A stretch of 37,942 nucleotides of DNA from contig CAZTOS010000013.1 in NCBI GenBank assembly GCA_964615185.1, positions 1 through 37,942 of the forward strand, given 5' to 3'. Every line of letters starts with the position of its first letter. Position 1 is the first letter of the stretch. Positions 26,322 through 35,361 of the stretch are shown piece after piece. The position numbers were made by a program, and so were the translations under genes. This stretch comes from an uncultured Thermococci archaeon. Its GTDB lineage: Archaea; Methanobacteriota_B; Thermococci; Thermococcales; Thermococcaceae. The notes below the pieces were generated by a model. That model was given only the letters and a program-made list of their open reading frames with translations, did not search any database and had not been told where the DNA came from.

Positions 26322-27656
26322 ATGAAAACGACGGGCCGGGCCGTGAAGGCTTTATTTTTGATTTTGATGTTAATTTTTTCGGGAGTAACGTCAGCAGCCA
26401 CCATAACCGTCCACGATCCAAGTGAAGCCAACGGTGGACTAGTACTAATCTCCAACGAGACTTGGGAAAGCGTCATCAGCATCCTCACAGCAGATGCCGC
26501 ACCATTCACACTCTCAGAGTTTCCAGGAGCCGACATCATAAATGTGAGTGCAAAGTTTGTGGATGAAGCAGGAAATGCTATAGATATGACCGGAGACGGT
26601 CTCCCGGATATCTGGACCTATACCGAAGATAACACCACACCAGGCGTGTGGAGGACTAACATCACTATTGGCGACGTGGAGCCTGGCATTTACACCCTAA
26701 AGATAAGTGCTATTGTGGAAAACAGTACCACTGGACAAATCTATGATCAAGCTGAGCTGACCGAAGAAGTGCTTATCCTTGGAGGTCCTTACGCTATCCA
26801 GATCGCCAATGTGAAAGATGGGGAAAACCTTCGCCTTGGAGTCCTCCAACTAAAAATTGGGGCCCTTAGTGACTTAGGAAGCATCATCAGTATTGGAAAC
26901 ATAACCAATGTGAGAACTATCCTTGATAATAACACCGATGGATTATGGGGAGAAAAGATAGACATCAATGGAGACGGAAACTTAGACGGCTGGATCACAT
27001 TCGTAAAGAACAGCGACAGTTATGAGATGTTGATCTTTACTAGGAATCAAACTCTACTTGAGGAACTACTACCAGAGGAATCTATTGAAATCTCTGGAGG
27101 GGATGTAACATACAAAAACAAGTATCTAAGGTACACCCGTGATTATCACCACTTCTCCTACTATACTTACATTCTGTGGGATAATTCTCCCCTTGCAAAA
27201 CTACACATAAAAGCCATTGACTACTATATCATTCCATACAAAGGCAAAGACAACTGGAAAATTACTCAATACTCGAATGGCCACATATTTGCAGCAGTAA
27301 TGAGAGTTAAAGTGATAAAGAGAACCTCCTGGTTCGGACTTTTCACCGGAGAAGAGGTAGTCTTTGATGGGAACCTTTGGACAGCTAGAGGCTCCAAGAC
27401 CATTGACAGCATTATCACAATGAAACCTAGAATAGTCACTTGGAGCTGGTATCGCAATCTCGGGTATGGTATAATATGGCGGGCTGCCGCTGACATTACC
27501 GCACCGAAGGGTTACTCTCTCAAGCAACGTGAGAGCTACAACGTTGAGTTCAGAGGGGATGACCCACTTGACGGCTTGAACTGGCTGAGTCGTGAACTAA
27601 GTAAAGAGGAAATAGACTGGTGGAAACTCTTAGGGGGTGAATCTGATGGAAGTTGA
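26322..27656 (+). CDS. Secreted beta-rich protein with Ca-binding loops (paralog B of 13987-15333)
   Basis: Shared motifs PFTxSxFPxAD, KFVD, TTPGxW, EPGIYT, LSDxG, WDN, DYYIIP. Confidence 0.88.
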   Translation: MKTTGRAVKALFLILMLIFSGVTSAATITVHDPSEANGGLVLISNETWESVISILTADAAPFTLSEFPGADIINVSAKFVDEAGNAIDMTGDGLPDIWTYTEDNTTPGVWRTNITIGDVEPGIYTLKISAIVENSTTGQIYDQAELTEEVLILGGPYAIQIANVKDGENLRLGVLQLKIGALSDLGSIISIGNITNVRTILDNNTDGLWGEKIDINGDGNLDGWITFVKNSDSYEMLIFTRNQTLLEELLPEESIEISGGDVTYKNKYLRYTRDYHHFSYYTYILWDNSPLAKLHIKAIDYYIIPYKGKDNWKITQYSNGHIFAAVMRVKVIKRTSWFGLFTGEEVVFDGNLWTARGSKTIDSIITMKPRIVTWSWYRNLGYGIIWRAAADITAPKGYSLKQRESYNVEFRGDDPLDGLNWLSRELSKEEIDWWKLLGGESDGS

Positions 27657-28077
27657 ACTTGCCAATACGGCTTACCAACTCCTGTCTAAAAGTTTTCCTT
27701 ATATCCCTAGAGAGGTTACAACACAATCCGCAGTACTGTCCATAATCTGGTACATATCATTAGCAATAGCTCTTATTTACGTCTGGAGAGAAGGTTGCCT
27801 CATGGAGTTCCTAATTTACGTTCTCTCACTTTTGGGCAGACTTGTCGGAGGACTGCTTTTAGCCCTCATAGTATTCTTCTTGCTAATATGGATACCTCCA
27901 GCAGCCTTCTTCGCTGCAATAGGAGTACTAGTGGCAATAGTGGTATTGTACCGCGCAAAGCTCGCCGGTAGTTTAGCAATAGGAGCGTTGTGGACGGTTG
28001 CAGTGTTCATAGGCTCAATAATCAGTCCATTAGTCGATGCTTGGTTTTACGTACACTATGCGGCAGGTGAGTACTAA
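27646..28077 (+). CDS. Multi-TM membrane protein
   Basis: GGGGGTGA RBS; about 4 TM; overlaps the paralog B stop. Confidence 0.8.
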   Translation: MEVELANTAYQLLSKSFPYIPREVTTQSAVLSIIWYISLAIALIYVWREGCLMEFLIYVLSLLGRLVGGLLLALIVFFLLIWIPPAAFFAAIGVLVAIVVLYRAKLAGSLAIGALWTVAVFIGSIISPLVDAWFYVHYAAGEY

Positions 28078-28208
28078 TGCTTTTTCCAACACAATTGAGA
28101 AAAGCCCTTAGACGATATCTGATATACATTTTCCTTTACTCTCTATATGGGGCTCTTCTAGTGATAGAGACACTCCAGAAACTTTTAGCCAGATTTTCAA
28201 GAAACTAA
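28077..28208 (+). CDS. 43-aa single-TM peptide
   Basis: TAATG coupling, AGGTGAG RBS. Confidence 0.45.
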   Translation: MLFPTQLRKALRRYLIYIFLYSLYGALLVIETLQKLLARFSRN

Positions 28209-28214
28209 AAAACA

Positions 28215-29189
28215 TTAGGAGCCAAGAATGTTCGTTTTTATTTCTGTTTTAATTGTCCCTTCCGGTAAAGGTATCTTAATTTCTTGGCCTCCAAGATCGA
28301 AGACAAAATACAACCTCAGTTCAAATGTACTCTGTTCATTGTTCTTAATATGGCTGACCCACCACTCTACAAGGGCTTGATTATTTATATTACTGACAAA
28401 TTGAAGAGAACCTGTAGAACGTGGATATAATACAATCTTCTGCTTTGATACACCCTCTCCAATCATAATATCATTTATTAAAATCTCATAACCAATATTA
28501 GTGATTGGAACTGTGATGAACTTCTGAGGATTATAAATGGTAACATCATGAATGATCTCAGTTGAATCTTCTGTAACCTGTCCCCATCTTGAACTCATGT
28601 TCATTAAAAGTCTAAAATCAAAATTCCCAACTAATGGTATAGAAATCCTCTTTGATAAAACCATGTTTGTAAACGCAAGATTATCCACAATGTTGGTCTT
28701 TATTACAGACTTCTGCTCAAATGGCCAACTAAAATCAAACACTTTTAAATCAAAAACAAGTTTGCCCTTCAAAAGAACCTCTGTAACCTCTCCATTTTTG
28801 AGGTGAGATACCCACCATTTAGGGATCTTGTAATTGTCAATCTTTGTTGAAAGAATAATCGTTGTATTGCTCTTAGCAGCTAAACTCGCTGGACCAATAT
28901 TATGACCTTCCCCCATGTCAATTCCGTTCATATACAAATGCACAGAAATATTTTTCAGAGGAACAGAAACCGGGTTGGGATTGTAAACTACGATTTCAGT
29001 AATAATCTCACTATAACGGTCATTTATTTCTCCCCAACGATGAGAAATACTGAGAATCCGAGGCTTACTCATCTCAACTTTTTCCTTGATCTTCTCTTTA
29101 ATCCCCTCAGATCCTCCGGATCCAATGCAACCACTTACTAAACTAACTAACAAGAGTACAGAAATCAGCACCACAAACATCCTTTTCAT
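28215..29189 (-). CDS. Lipoprotein with two LEA_2/WHy domains
   Basis: Lipobox VSGC; repeated VYNPNP..P..I...MNG...GEG and WWVSH.KN.E units. Confidence 0.88.
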   Translation of the reverse strand: MKRMFVVLISVLLLVSLVSGCIGSGGSEGIKEKIKEKVEMSKPRILSISHRWGEINDRYSEIITEIVVYNPNPVSVPLKNISVHLYMNGIDMGEGHNIGPASLAAKSNTTIILSTKIDNYKIPKWWVSHLKNGEVTEVLLKGKLVFDLKVFDFSWPFEQKSVIKTNIVDNLAFTNMVLSKRISIPLVGNFDFRLLMNMSSRWGQVTEDSTEIIHDVTIYNPQKFITVPITNIGYEILINDIMIGEGVSKQKIVLYPRSTGSLQFVSNINNQALVEWWVSHIKNNEQSTFELRLYFVFDLGGQEIKIPLPEGTIKTEIKTNILGS

Positions 29190-29484
29190 CTTTAACCCCG
29201 TCCTTTTTATTATCTTAATAACAATATACCACCTCAAAAATTATTAATCTTTCTCAATTCTCATAACAGCTTGCTAAAGATGGAGAAGTGTTCCGACATA
29301 TTCCTTTTTCTACTCCTCCCTTTTACGACAGAATTCTCTGTGAATATTTGTCGGCTTGGCAAACTAAACATGGGCAAGGTATATTTACCCTGACTTCTCA
29401 ATCCATAGTACTGATATTTTCACTAAGATACACCATAATGCCCAATAAAGTGACAGGGGTGTTCAGGTGAGAGTTGGAAAAGTG

Positions 29485-30069
29485 ATGAACAATAGCAAAG
29501 AATTAGCCAAATTTAAGAACCTGGTTATAATTATAGATCGAAGTACAGAACATTATCAAAAAGGATTTACTGTATTAGTAGTACTTGGAATATGGGATTC
29601 AGACAGTGGGGCACTAAAAGATATAGTTCATAAAAAGCTAAAACTAAAACATGGAAAGAAATATGGTCGAGTTGAAAAGAATAGTAAAAAATCTAAATTA
29701 AAAGAGGCAATTATGGGTAGAGGACAAATAAACCTCCACCAATATATAGCTTTTTTGAAAATATATAGAACCAACGTGACAGGCCACATTCATAAAAGAG
29801 ATTTACCAGCTGGCTTTTTTAGAGATTTAGAATACTGGATAAAAGAGTGTAAATTTGTTCTCGGAGATAAAGACATAATCACCATTCTAAAGAGATTATA
29901 CCCGAACATTCGAGTAATAGAAGAAAAAGAAAGCAGCACAACCTTTAAGCAATATAAACACTTAATGCTCCTAGCAGATAACATTGCATACTTTGCAAGA
30001 ATTGCATGGAATAACCACGATTACGAATTCCTCAAACTTCTAAACATAAACAAAATAGGAAAGTACTAG
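29485..30069 (+). CDS. Predicted RNase H-fold protein, DUF3800-like
   Basis: N-terminal VIIID strand and following beta strand, KH, FVLGD, C-terminal LLADNIAY (cf. DUF3800 DE...QxAD). Confidence 0.55.
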   Translation: MNNSKELAKFKNLVIIIDRSTEHYQKGFTVLVVLGIWDSDSGALKDIVHKKLKLKHGKKYGRVEKNSKKSKLKEAIMGRGQINLHQYIAFLKIYRTNVTGHIHKRDLPAGFFRDLEYWIKECKFVLGDKDIITILKRLYPNIRVIEEKESSTTFKQYKHLMLLADNIAYFARIAWNNHDYEFLKLLNINKIGKY

Positions 30070-30070
30070 A

Positions 30071-30207
30071 GGCGCGTCCCTTGTCATCTCTCATTGCCCA
30101 CGGTCGCTCATCGCCCGCGGGCTCTCCGGGACGCTCAATTCTGAGCATCTAACTGAGCTCAACGGGAGGCCCACTGCACCTCACCTGAGAGAACTTCGGC
30201 CTCCCTC
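30071..30207 (-). ncRNA. Candidate structured ncRNA convergent on the DUF3800-like gene
   Basis: GC-rich island with stems GGGAGGCC/GGCCTCCC and GCGTCCC/GGGACGC. Minus-strand BRE/TATA (CGAAAA-TATTAAAA) at 30231-30244. RAUGA boxes. Confidence 0.65.
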
Positions 30208-30350
30208 AATAAATTCAAAGTATTCAAAGTTTTTAATATTTTCGATGTCTTCAATGAATTTGACATTTGACGACTTTTACCCCAAAGGCGACTCTCACTT
30301 TTCTGTCATAATACTAAAGGTTTCTAAAAGTACTGAGGACAGAATAAAAC

Positions 30351-31391
30351 TTATTTCTCTTTCTTTATAGATGCCATTAACAATTGGATTCCAGTTCGTA
30401 TAAGATTCATAAAAAGCCAACCCAATATTCCAATTATTAAAAATACAATTGTCAGGTTATTTAAGTAGCGGATAATACCTGCGCTTAGGTTTCTTGTTAC
30501 TACAATAGTTATTTCTGCCGATTTTCCTTCAGATATTATTAAGTTTGTTTCATTAAACAAAAACAATCTAGCATATGTTCTAAGTGTATAGTTCCCCCCA
30601 CCTATTTGAAAAATACATTCTCCGGTTTCATCCGTCCTGCACTCTAAAATAACTCTCCAGTTTGGTTTATAGTTATTTGAAATGACCTCTATAGTGGCTC
30701 CACGAATATTCTTTCCGTTTGCGTCTATAACCTTAACATGAACAGTCCCAACATTCGTATACCTTCTAGTTACGTCTTCTGTACTCCCGTTTGGATATAA
30801 GGCGAAAACATATGAAACATTTAGACCTCTACCTCTCTCATAATAGGATAGAGATTCGTTAAATTTATGCCGAGAGGGATCCACGATGATCCATTTACCA
30901 TTAATAAGAACTTCATCCCAATTATGATTTTCACCATGATCATGAATGCTCCTAACTTTAAGACCTGCCTCACTAGCCATTTCCATGTATAACAAGGCAT
31001 ACTCTTCACAAGCTCCACATCTACTTGTGAGAACCCAAAGGGGATACTCATGTCCAATAAGTCGAATACAAATGTGTGGAGGTTCTTCATATATGTAAAT
31101 TGGTGGGTCTGCAAATCTTACTGTATTCCAGTAAATATTTGTAAGATTTCCACTTTCAAACCATTCATAAATCTTTTGTGCCTTCTCAAGATCTGTTGTA
31201 GCATTTTTAGTTAGTTCCTGCACAATTTCCCTCAGAACAAGTTCATTCTTTTCTGCTACAATCCACATAATTGGCTTAAACCAATAAGGAGGTGATGCTA
31301 GCAATAAAATTAATATCAAGGAAAAGAGACTAGGCCAAGATCTTAAATTTCTAAAAAATAATGTTCTGAAAGTTTTAATATCCTCTGTCAT
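30351..31391 (-). CDS. Membrane-anchored transglutaminase-fold protein resembling the peptide:N-glycanase core, plus carboxypeptidase-regulatory-like domain
   Basis: Cys-His-Asp triad GACEEY / HNWDEV / IVDPS, then SYVFA...DVTRRY. N- and C-terminal TM. Confidence 0.8.
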   Translation of the reverse strand: MTEDIKTFRTLFFRNLRSWPSLFSLILILLLASPPYWFKPIMWIVAEKNELVLREIVQELTKNATTDLEKAQKIYEWFESGNLTNIYWNTVRFADPPIYIYEEPPHICIRLIGHEYPLWVLTSRCGACEEYALLYMEMASEAGLKVRSIHDHGENHNWDEVLINGKWIIVDPSRHKFNESLSYYERGRGLNVSYVFALYPNGSTEDVTRRYTNVGTVHVKVIDANGKNIRGATIEVISNNYKPNWRVILECRTDETGECIFQIGGGNYTLRTYARLFLFNETNLIISEGKSAEITIVVTRNLSAGIIRYLNNLTIVFLIIGILGWLFMNLIRTGIQLLMASIKKEK

Positions 31392-31449
31392 GTACAATCC
31401 CTCAATTTTTCTGATCACAAAAATTCTTCCTATACAGTTCCATCCTTGA

Positions 31450-31740
31450 TTATCCTAGTTTCTGGTTAAATTTAGGCAATTTTCCGTGCTTATAGTAATA
31501 TCTCCGTAGAAGAGCTCTTTCTCTTTGTCTCGCTCTCTCCAGACTTCCTGTTTTTTCAAATCTAAAATAAGATGCTCCTACAATATCCTTAAAGTGCGCC
31601 AAAAGTCTACTCCTAAGCTTTCCACTTCCAATATAAATTGTCCCTTTGGCTGCATTGGCAATCTCATACACTCCATAAACATCTGGAACTTTTTGGACAT
31701 TCTCCTTCTTAAATCTAATCCATCGTTTAAAAATCCCCGT
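31450..31740 (-). CDS. Stand-alone GIY-YIG nuclease-like protein (ACG in the start position)
   Basis: VPDVYGVYEI...IYIGSG.LRSRL...ERALL...PKFN; GGAGGTGA RBS 5 nt before ACG. Confidence 0.75.
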   Translation of the reverse strand, partial: TGIFKRWIRFKKENVQKVPDVYGVYEIANAAKGTIYIGSGKLRSRLLAHFKDIVGASYFRFEKTGSLERARQRERALLRRYYYKHGKLPKFNQKLG

Positions 31741-32052
31741 TTAGGTCACCTCCCAATGAATTAATTTCACACTAAATTATTACATTTGTCATAATTAAGT
31801 CTTACGTTGTTTGTGGTTATTGTTTTAACTAAGCGATAAAGTTTTATCCACAAGAATAAACCTCTACTCCAGTGATGACATTATGAAGCTCTTCAAGGTT
31901 CACGTACACCTTGAGGGGGATGTGGATACACTCGAAGACTCCAAAACCTATGCAACAATATATATCAAAAACACTGTAATTATCAAAGAAAGCCTCTGTA
32001 TTTAGAGAAAATAATTTATACTAACAGATTAATACTAAATTTGGTGATTACC

Positions 32053-32862
32053 ATGCGTCAGAAGTCATTATATGCTTTCTATCTTAAAGGAGTGCAGTAT
32101 GAAGAACTGGCTAAGACTCTAGAAAAAATAATCAAAAATAAAAAACCAGACCCAAATAAAGAAAAAACTGAGGGATTCATTAACTTCCAAGTAGGACCGA
32201 TTATCTCAGATAATGATTTAAGCAATGTTTCAGAGTATATATACTTTGAATTTTATCGCTCGGACTTTAAAGAGAAAACCGATCCTTTGGGAGTTGCTTA
32301 TAAGGATCCAATAAAAGAGTTAGTCCCCATAGCAATCACTAAAGAACCATTCATGTTGATGGTATTTACCCCAAACTTCCAACTAAGGGATCATATCCTT
32401 TCTGAGTTACAACCATCCATAGAGCCAAAATACCGAAATGGGCTTGGATTCTCTCCTGACTTTATCGAGTTTATAAATGTTCCAAATCCAGAAGAATGGA
32501 TGGAAATAGTATTCAGTGATGAAATAGAACCAAGAGGAAGAAAAGGAAAGAAAGGAACCACTCATGAAATTATTGAGAGATATTCAGGGCCCGAAGAGAG
32601 AGATAAGGACTTAGAAAGGAAAGAAAAAGGATACGTATTCAGAGAATTTGCTGAAGTCGTAGTTGCACTAGAAAATACCAGTGTTAAACTTAAGATATAT
32701 CAAGATGGAAAAATAACAGCCATGATTGAGGGGATTAAACTATTCCATGCAGTTCCATATATAGCACAAGCCTTAAAAGTATTAAAGGATGCTGAGAAAA
32801 GATATTATGATCTGAAAAAATCTGCCCAAGGTGAAGAGGGAAATGGCGAAAACTCAGGTTGA
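32053..32862 (+). CDS. Hypothetical protein (gene 1 of a low-GC operon)
   Basis: GGTGA RBS; long ORF, no recognised family. Confidence 0.8.
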   Translation: MRQKSLYAFYLKGVQYEELAKTLEKIIKNKKPDPNKEKTEGFINFQVGPIISDNDLSNVSEYIYFEFYRSDFKEKTDPLGVAYKDPIKELVPIAITKEPFMLMVFTPNFQLRDHILSELQPSIEPKYRNGLGFSPDFIEFINVPNPEEWMEIVFSDEIEPRGRKGKKGTTHEIIERYSGPEERDKDLERKEKGYVFREFAEVVVALENTSVKLKIYQDGKITAMIEGIKLFHAVPYIAQALKVLKDAEKRYYDLKKSAQGEEGNGENSG

Positions 32863-33214
32863 TGAAAATGTCGCCATGGGTGCTGTTAAAAAAATAATAT
32901 TTAAAGCTGCTGATATTAGGGGAAAGAGGTTCACCATTGAATCAAAAGGAAATAAAAGATATATTATAATACCCAAAGTAGTTGTTGCTAGTGGAGATCT
33001 CTTTTTAGATTTTTCAAAAACCCTTCTCGAACCACATGCTATCTCACAAATTGAATCCGTAGTCATCGACGTAATTGGGTTAAAAGACAAAAAGGTCACT
33101 AGAATAGAAATATTTAAAGATGGAACAGTTGTCTACAGCCCAAAAATAGGAAGAAATGAAAATGAAGTTAAAAAGCTAGTTAAGATGCTCTCAAAAAATT
33201 CACAGGTAAATTGA
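32843..33214 (+). CDS. Hypothetical protein (gene 2)
   Basis: Overlaps gene 1; RIEIFKDGTV resembles KLKIYQDGKI of gene 1. Confidence 0.75.
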   Translation: MAKTQVDENVAMGAVKKIIFKAADIRGKRFTIESKGNKRYIIIPKVVVASGDLFLDFSKTLLEPHAISQIESVVIDVIGLKDKKVTRIEIFKDGTVVYSPKIGRNENEVKKLVKMLSKNSQVN

Positions 33215-33222
33215 GCGGTACC

Positions 33223-33822
33223 ATGTGGAGACCAACCCTGACTATGAGCCACATTGAAGGATGTTCACTAGTTTTGCTACTCGTTGGAGTAGTGTTGACA
33301 TTGTCCAATTTCTCAAACAGCACGCGGTATCTTGTTGTGAACTTGGTTATTTATGTGCTTAGCTTTGGGATTCTTTATCTTTCAAAAAGATTTAGACAGT
33401 TTATAATTTACCCAACTACAACTGCTCGACCAAGTAAAACTACTTATTCTGTTTATCCTTGGATACCTGAAGGGGAGGTGCGATGGCCAGCGCAACTAGA
33501 AAGAATAACAATTACCTTGAGCAACTCACTTAAACTTAGAGAGCTCTCTTTTGGTACTATATGTCTGATTGAAGATGGAAATCCAGTCAAATATGAGGAT
33601 CAAGATAACCCTCCAATTAGAGTTGAAAAAATAACACATCACACTACTACAACATATTCAATTTCATTTAACCCTCCTGAAAAAATAGAGATTAATGCAG
33701 TAATACGCTTTACGCTTGAACAAAACGATGACGTTGAACTCGATCCATTTTTAGAATATGCAATAGAGTACAAACCACCAAAATTACCCTTTAAATTCAA
33801 ATATTGCAAACGCATATTTTGA
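33223..33822 (+). CDS. Two-TM protein with C-terminal beta domain (gene 3)
   Basis: Two hydrophobic helices followed by a beta-rich region. Confidence 0.7.
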   Translation: MWRPTLTMSHIEGCSLVLLLVGVVLTLSNFSNSTRYLVVNLVIYVLSFGILYLSKRFRQFIIYPTTTARPSKTTYSVYPWIPEGEVRWPAQLERITITLSNSLKLRELSFGTICLIEDGNPVKYEDQDNPPIRVEKITHHTTTTYSISFNPPEKIEINAVIRFTLEQNDDVELDPFLEYAIEYKPPKLPFKFKYCKRIF

Positions 33823-33924
33823 CCAGATACATGGAATGACAAGACTCAACAACCTGCCAACCTCTTTTCTCAGATGTTTAAGCAGGAATAACCATCCATT
33901 TCTCCCTTGAAAAACACTCAAAAC

Positions 33925-33941
33925 TGTGATATTATATCACA
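33925..33941. promoter_or_regulatory. Palindromic operator upstream of the hicB-hicA-like operon
   Basis: TGTGATAT-T-ATATCACA next to TTTTATA at 33946-33952. Confidence 0.5.
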
Positions 33942-34043
33942 AAGATTTTATAGAGAATTCTCTCATTATTGAATGTTATACTTCATAACAAAAACTTGTT
34001 AACCATTAACAGAATTTGGTTATAACCTCTGGAGGAGCAAGAG

Positions 34044-35072
34044 ATGACTAGTGACCAACAAGTTAGAATCTGGATTAAGTTCAAAGGAAAAGCAGTAAAA
34101 GCGCACAAAATAGAAGTGCTTCGCTTAGGAGATTTCTTATCAAACTTTCAACGTCTTTTAATTGAGTACGGAAGAGTAAAGAAAATTAGAAAACCCCAAG
34201 AGCACTTGAAGTTATATCTAACTAAAGTTGAACCCGGAACAATAACACTTGTTTTAGAACCTGCCAAATCTTATTCTTATCATTATACTGATCCCATAAA
34301 CTCAGCTCTTGACTTTATACTAAACCTACTCAATTATGTCGATGATTATCAGAAACTTAAGCAATATTTAGAACAAGAGTTAAAATCTCCTGAAGTCATC
34401 TTATCAAATCTCAAAAGACTCGAAACTCTCTGGTCTGAGGAAGAATTGAAAGTAGGGATTGCAAGAAAGCCTACAAAACCAAAAGATGAAGAATATATCT
34501 ACATTCCAGCCGAGAAAAAACAAATAATTCAGAAACTCATTGATGAATACATAAAAGAAATCTCTGATAAGATCCAAGGTGCAATTGTAGAGTTAAAGGC
34601 CCATGGAAAGAAGAGACACTTTGAGATTATAACAACCACAGGTGAGAAAGTTCTTTGTTATTATGACCCTGAAGAAGACCCTGAAATAGAAATTAAAGCA
34701 TATAAATACTTCTGGAAACCTGTAGAAGTGATTGGAATTATCAAACAAAAAGGTCGCATTAAGAAGATTGAAAAAACCCTTGACCTTAACCTATACCAAA
34801 CAGAGATAACTGGAAAATTCGGAGGATACAAAATCAAGAAACCTATCCCTCTCAAAGTGGAATATGATCATAACACTGACGTATGGTGCGTCGAGAATAA
34901 AGACCTTGAACTTTATGGGTGTGGTAAAACCTTAGATGAAGCTCTTAAAGACGCTGAAGTCGTTTTTGGGGCATTAGTTGAAGGTTATGCTCTCGAAGAT
35001 GACAAAGAGCTTGACGAGGGTGCTAAGAAGCTCAAGCGTAAACTCCTCGAATACGTGGAGGTGAGTCAATGA
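34044..35072 (+). CDS. Large protein with C-terminal HicB-like antitoxin domain
   Basis: WCVENKDLELYGCGKTLDEALKDA matches HicB; about 260-aa unknown N-terminal region. Confidence 0.72.
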   Translation: MTSDQQVRIWIKFKGKAVKAHKIEVLRLGDFLSNFQRLLIEYGRVKKIRKPQEHLKLYLTKVEPGTITLVLEPAKSYSYHYTDPINSALDFILNLLNYVDDYQKLKQYLEQELKSPEVILSNLKRLETLWSEEELKVGIARKPTKPKDEEYIYIPAEKKQIIQKLIDEYIKEISDKIQGAIVELKAHGKKRHFEIITTTGEKVLCYYDPEEDPEIEIKAYKYFWKPVEVIGIIKQKGRIKKIEKTLDLNLYQTEITGKFGGYKIKKPIPLKVEYDHNTDVWCVENKDLELYGCGKTLDEALKDAEVVFGALVEGYALEDDKELDEGAKKLKRKLLEYVEVSQ

Positions 35073-35350
35073 AGGCCAGAGATATCACTAAGGCACTCAA
35101 AAAGAAAGGATTCAAAGAAGAACAAGGAAAAAATCACACCAAATACTTTCTCTATGTGAACGGCAAAAAGACCCGAATAATGACTGTGTTTAGCAGGGGA
35201 TCCAATAAGAAGGAACTCACTGATGACCTGCTCAAACGAATTAGAAAACAACTCAAATTTGATGATGAAAAACTGTTCAAGGACTTTATTAAATGTCCTA
35301 TGGGGTATTGGGATTACGTGGAAATGCTGAGACAAAAGAAAGCGATTTGA
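35069..35350 (+). CDS. HicA-like toxin (dsRBD-fold mRNA interferase)
   Basis: DITKALKKKGF...GKNH...KELTDDLLKRIRKQL; ATGA overlap. Confidence 0.78.
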   Translation: MKARDITKALKKKGFKEEQGKNHTKYFLYVNGKKTRIMTVFSRGSNKKELTDDLLKRIRKQLKFDDEKLFKDFIKCPMGYWDYVEMLRQKKAI

Positions 35351-35361
35351 GAGGTGAAGAA

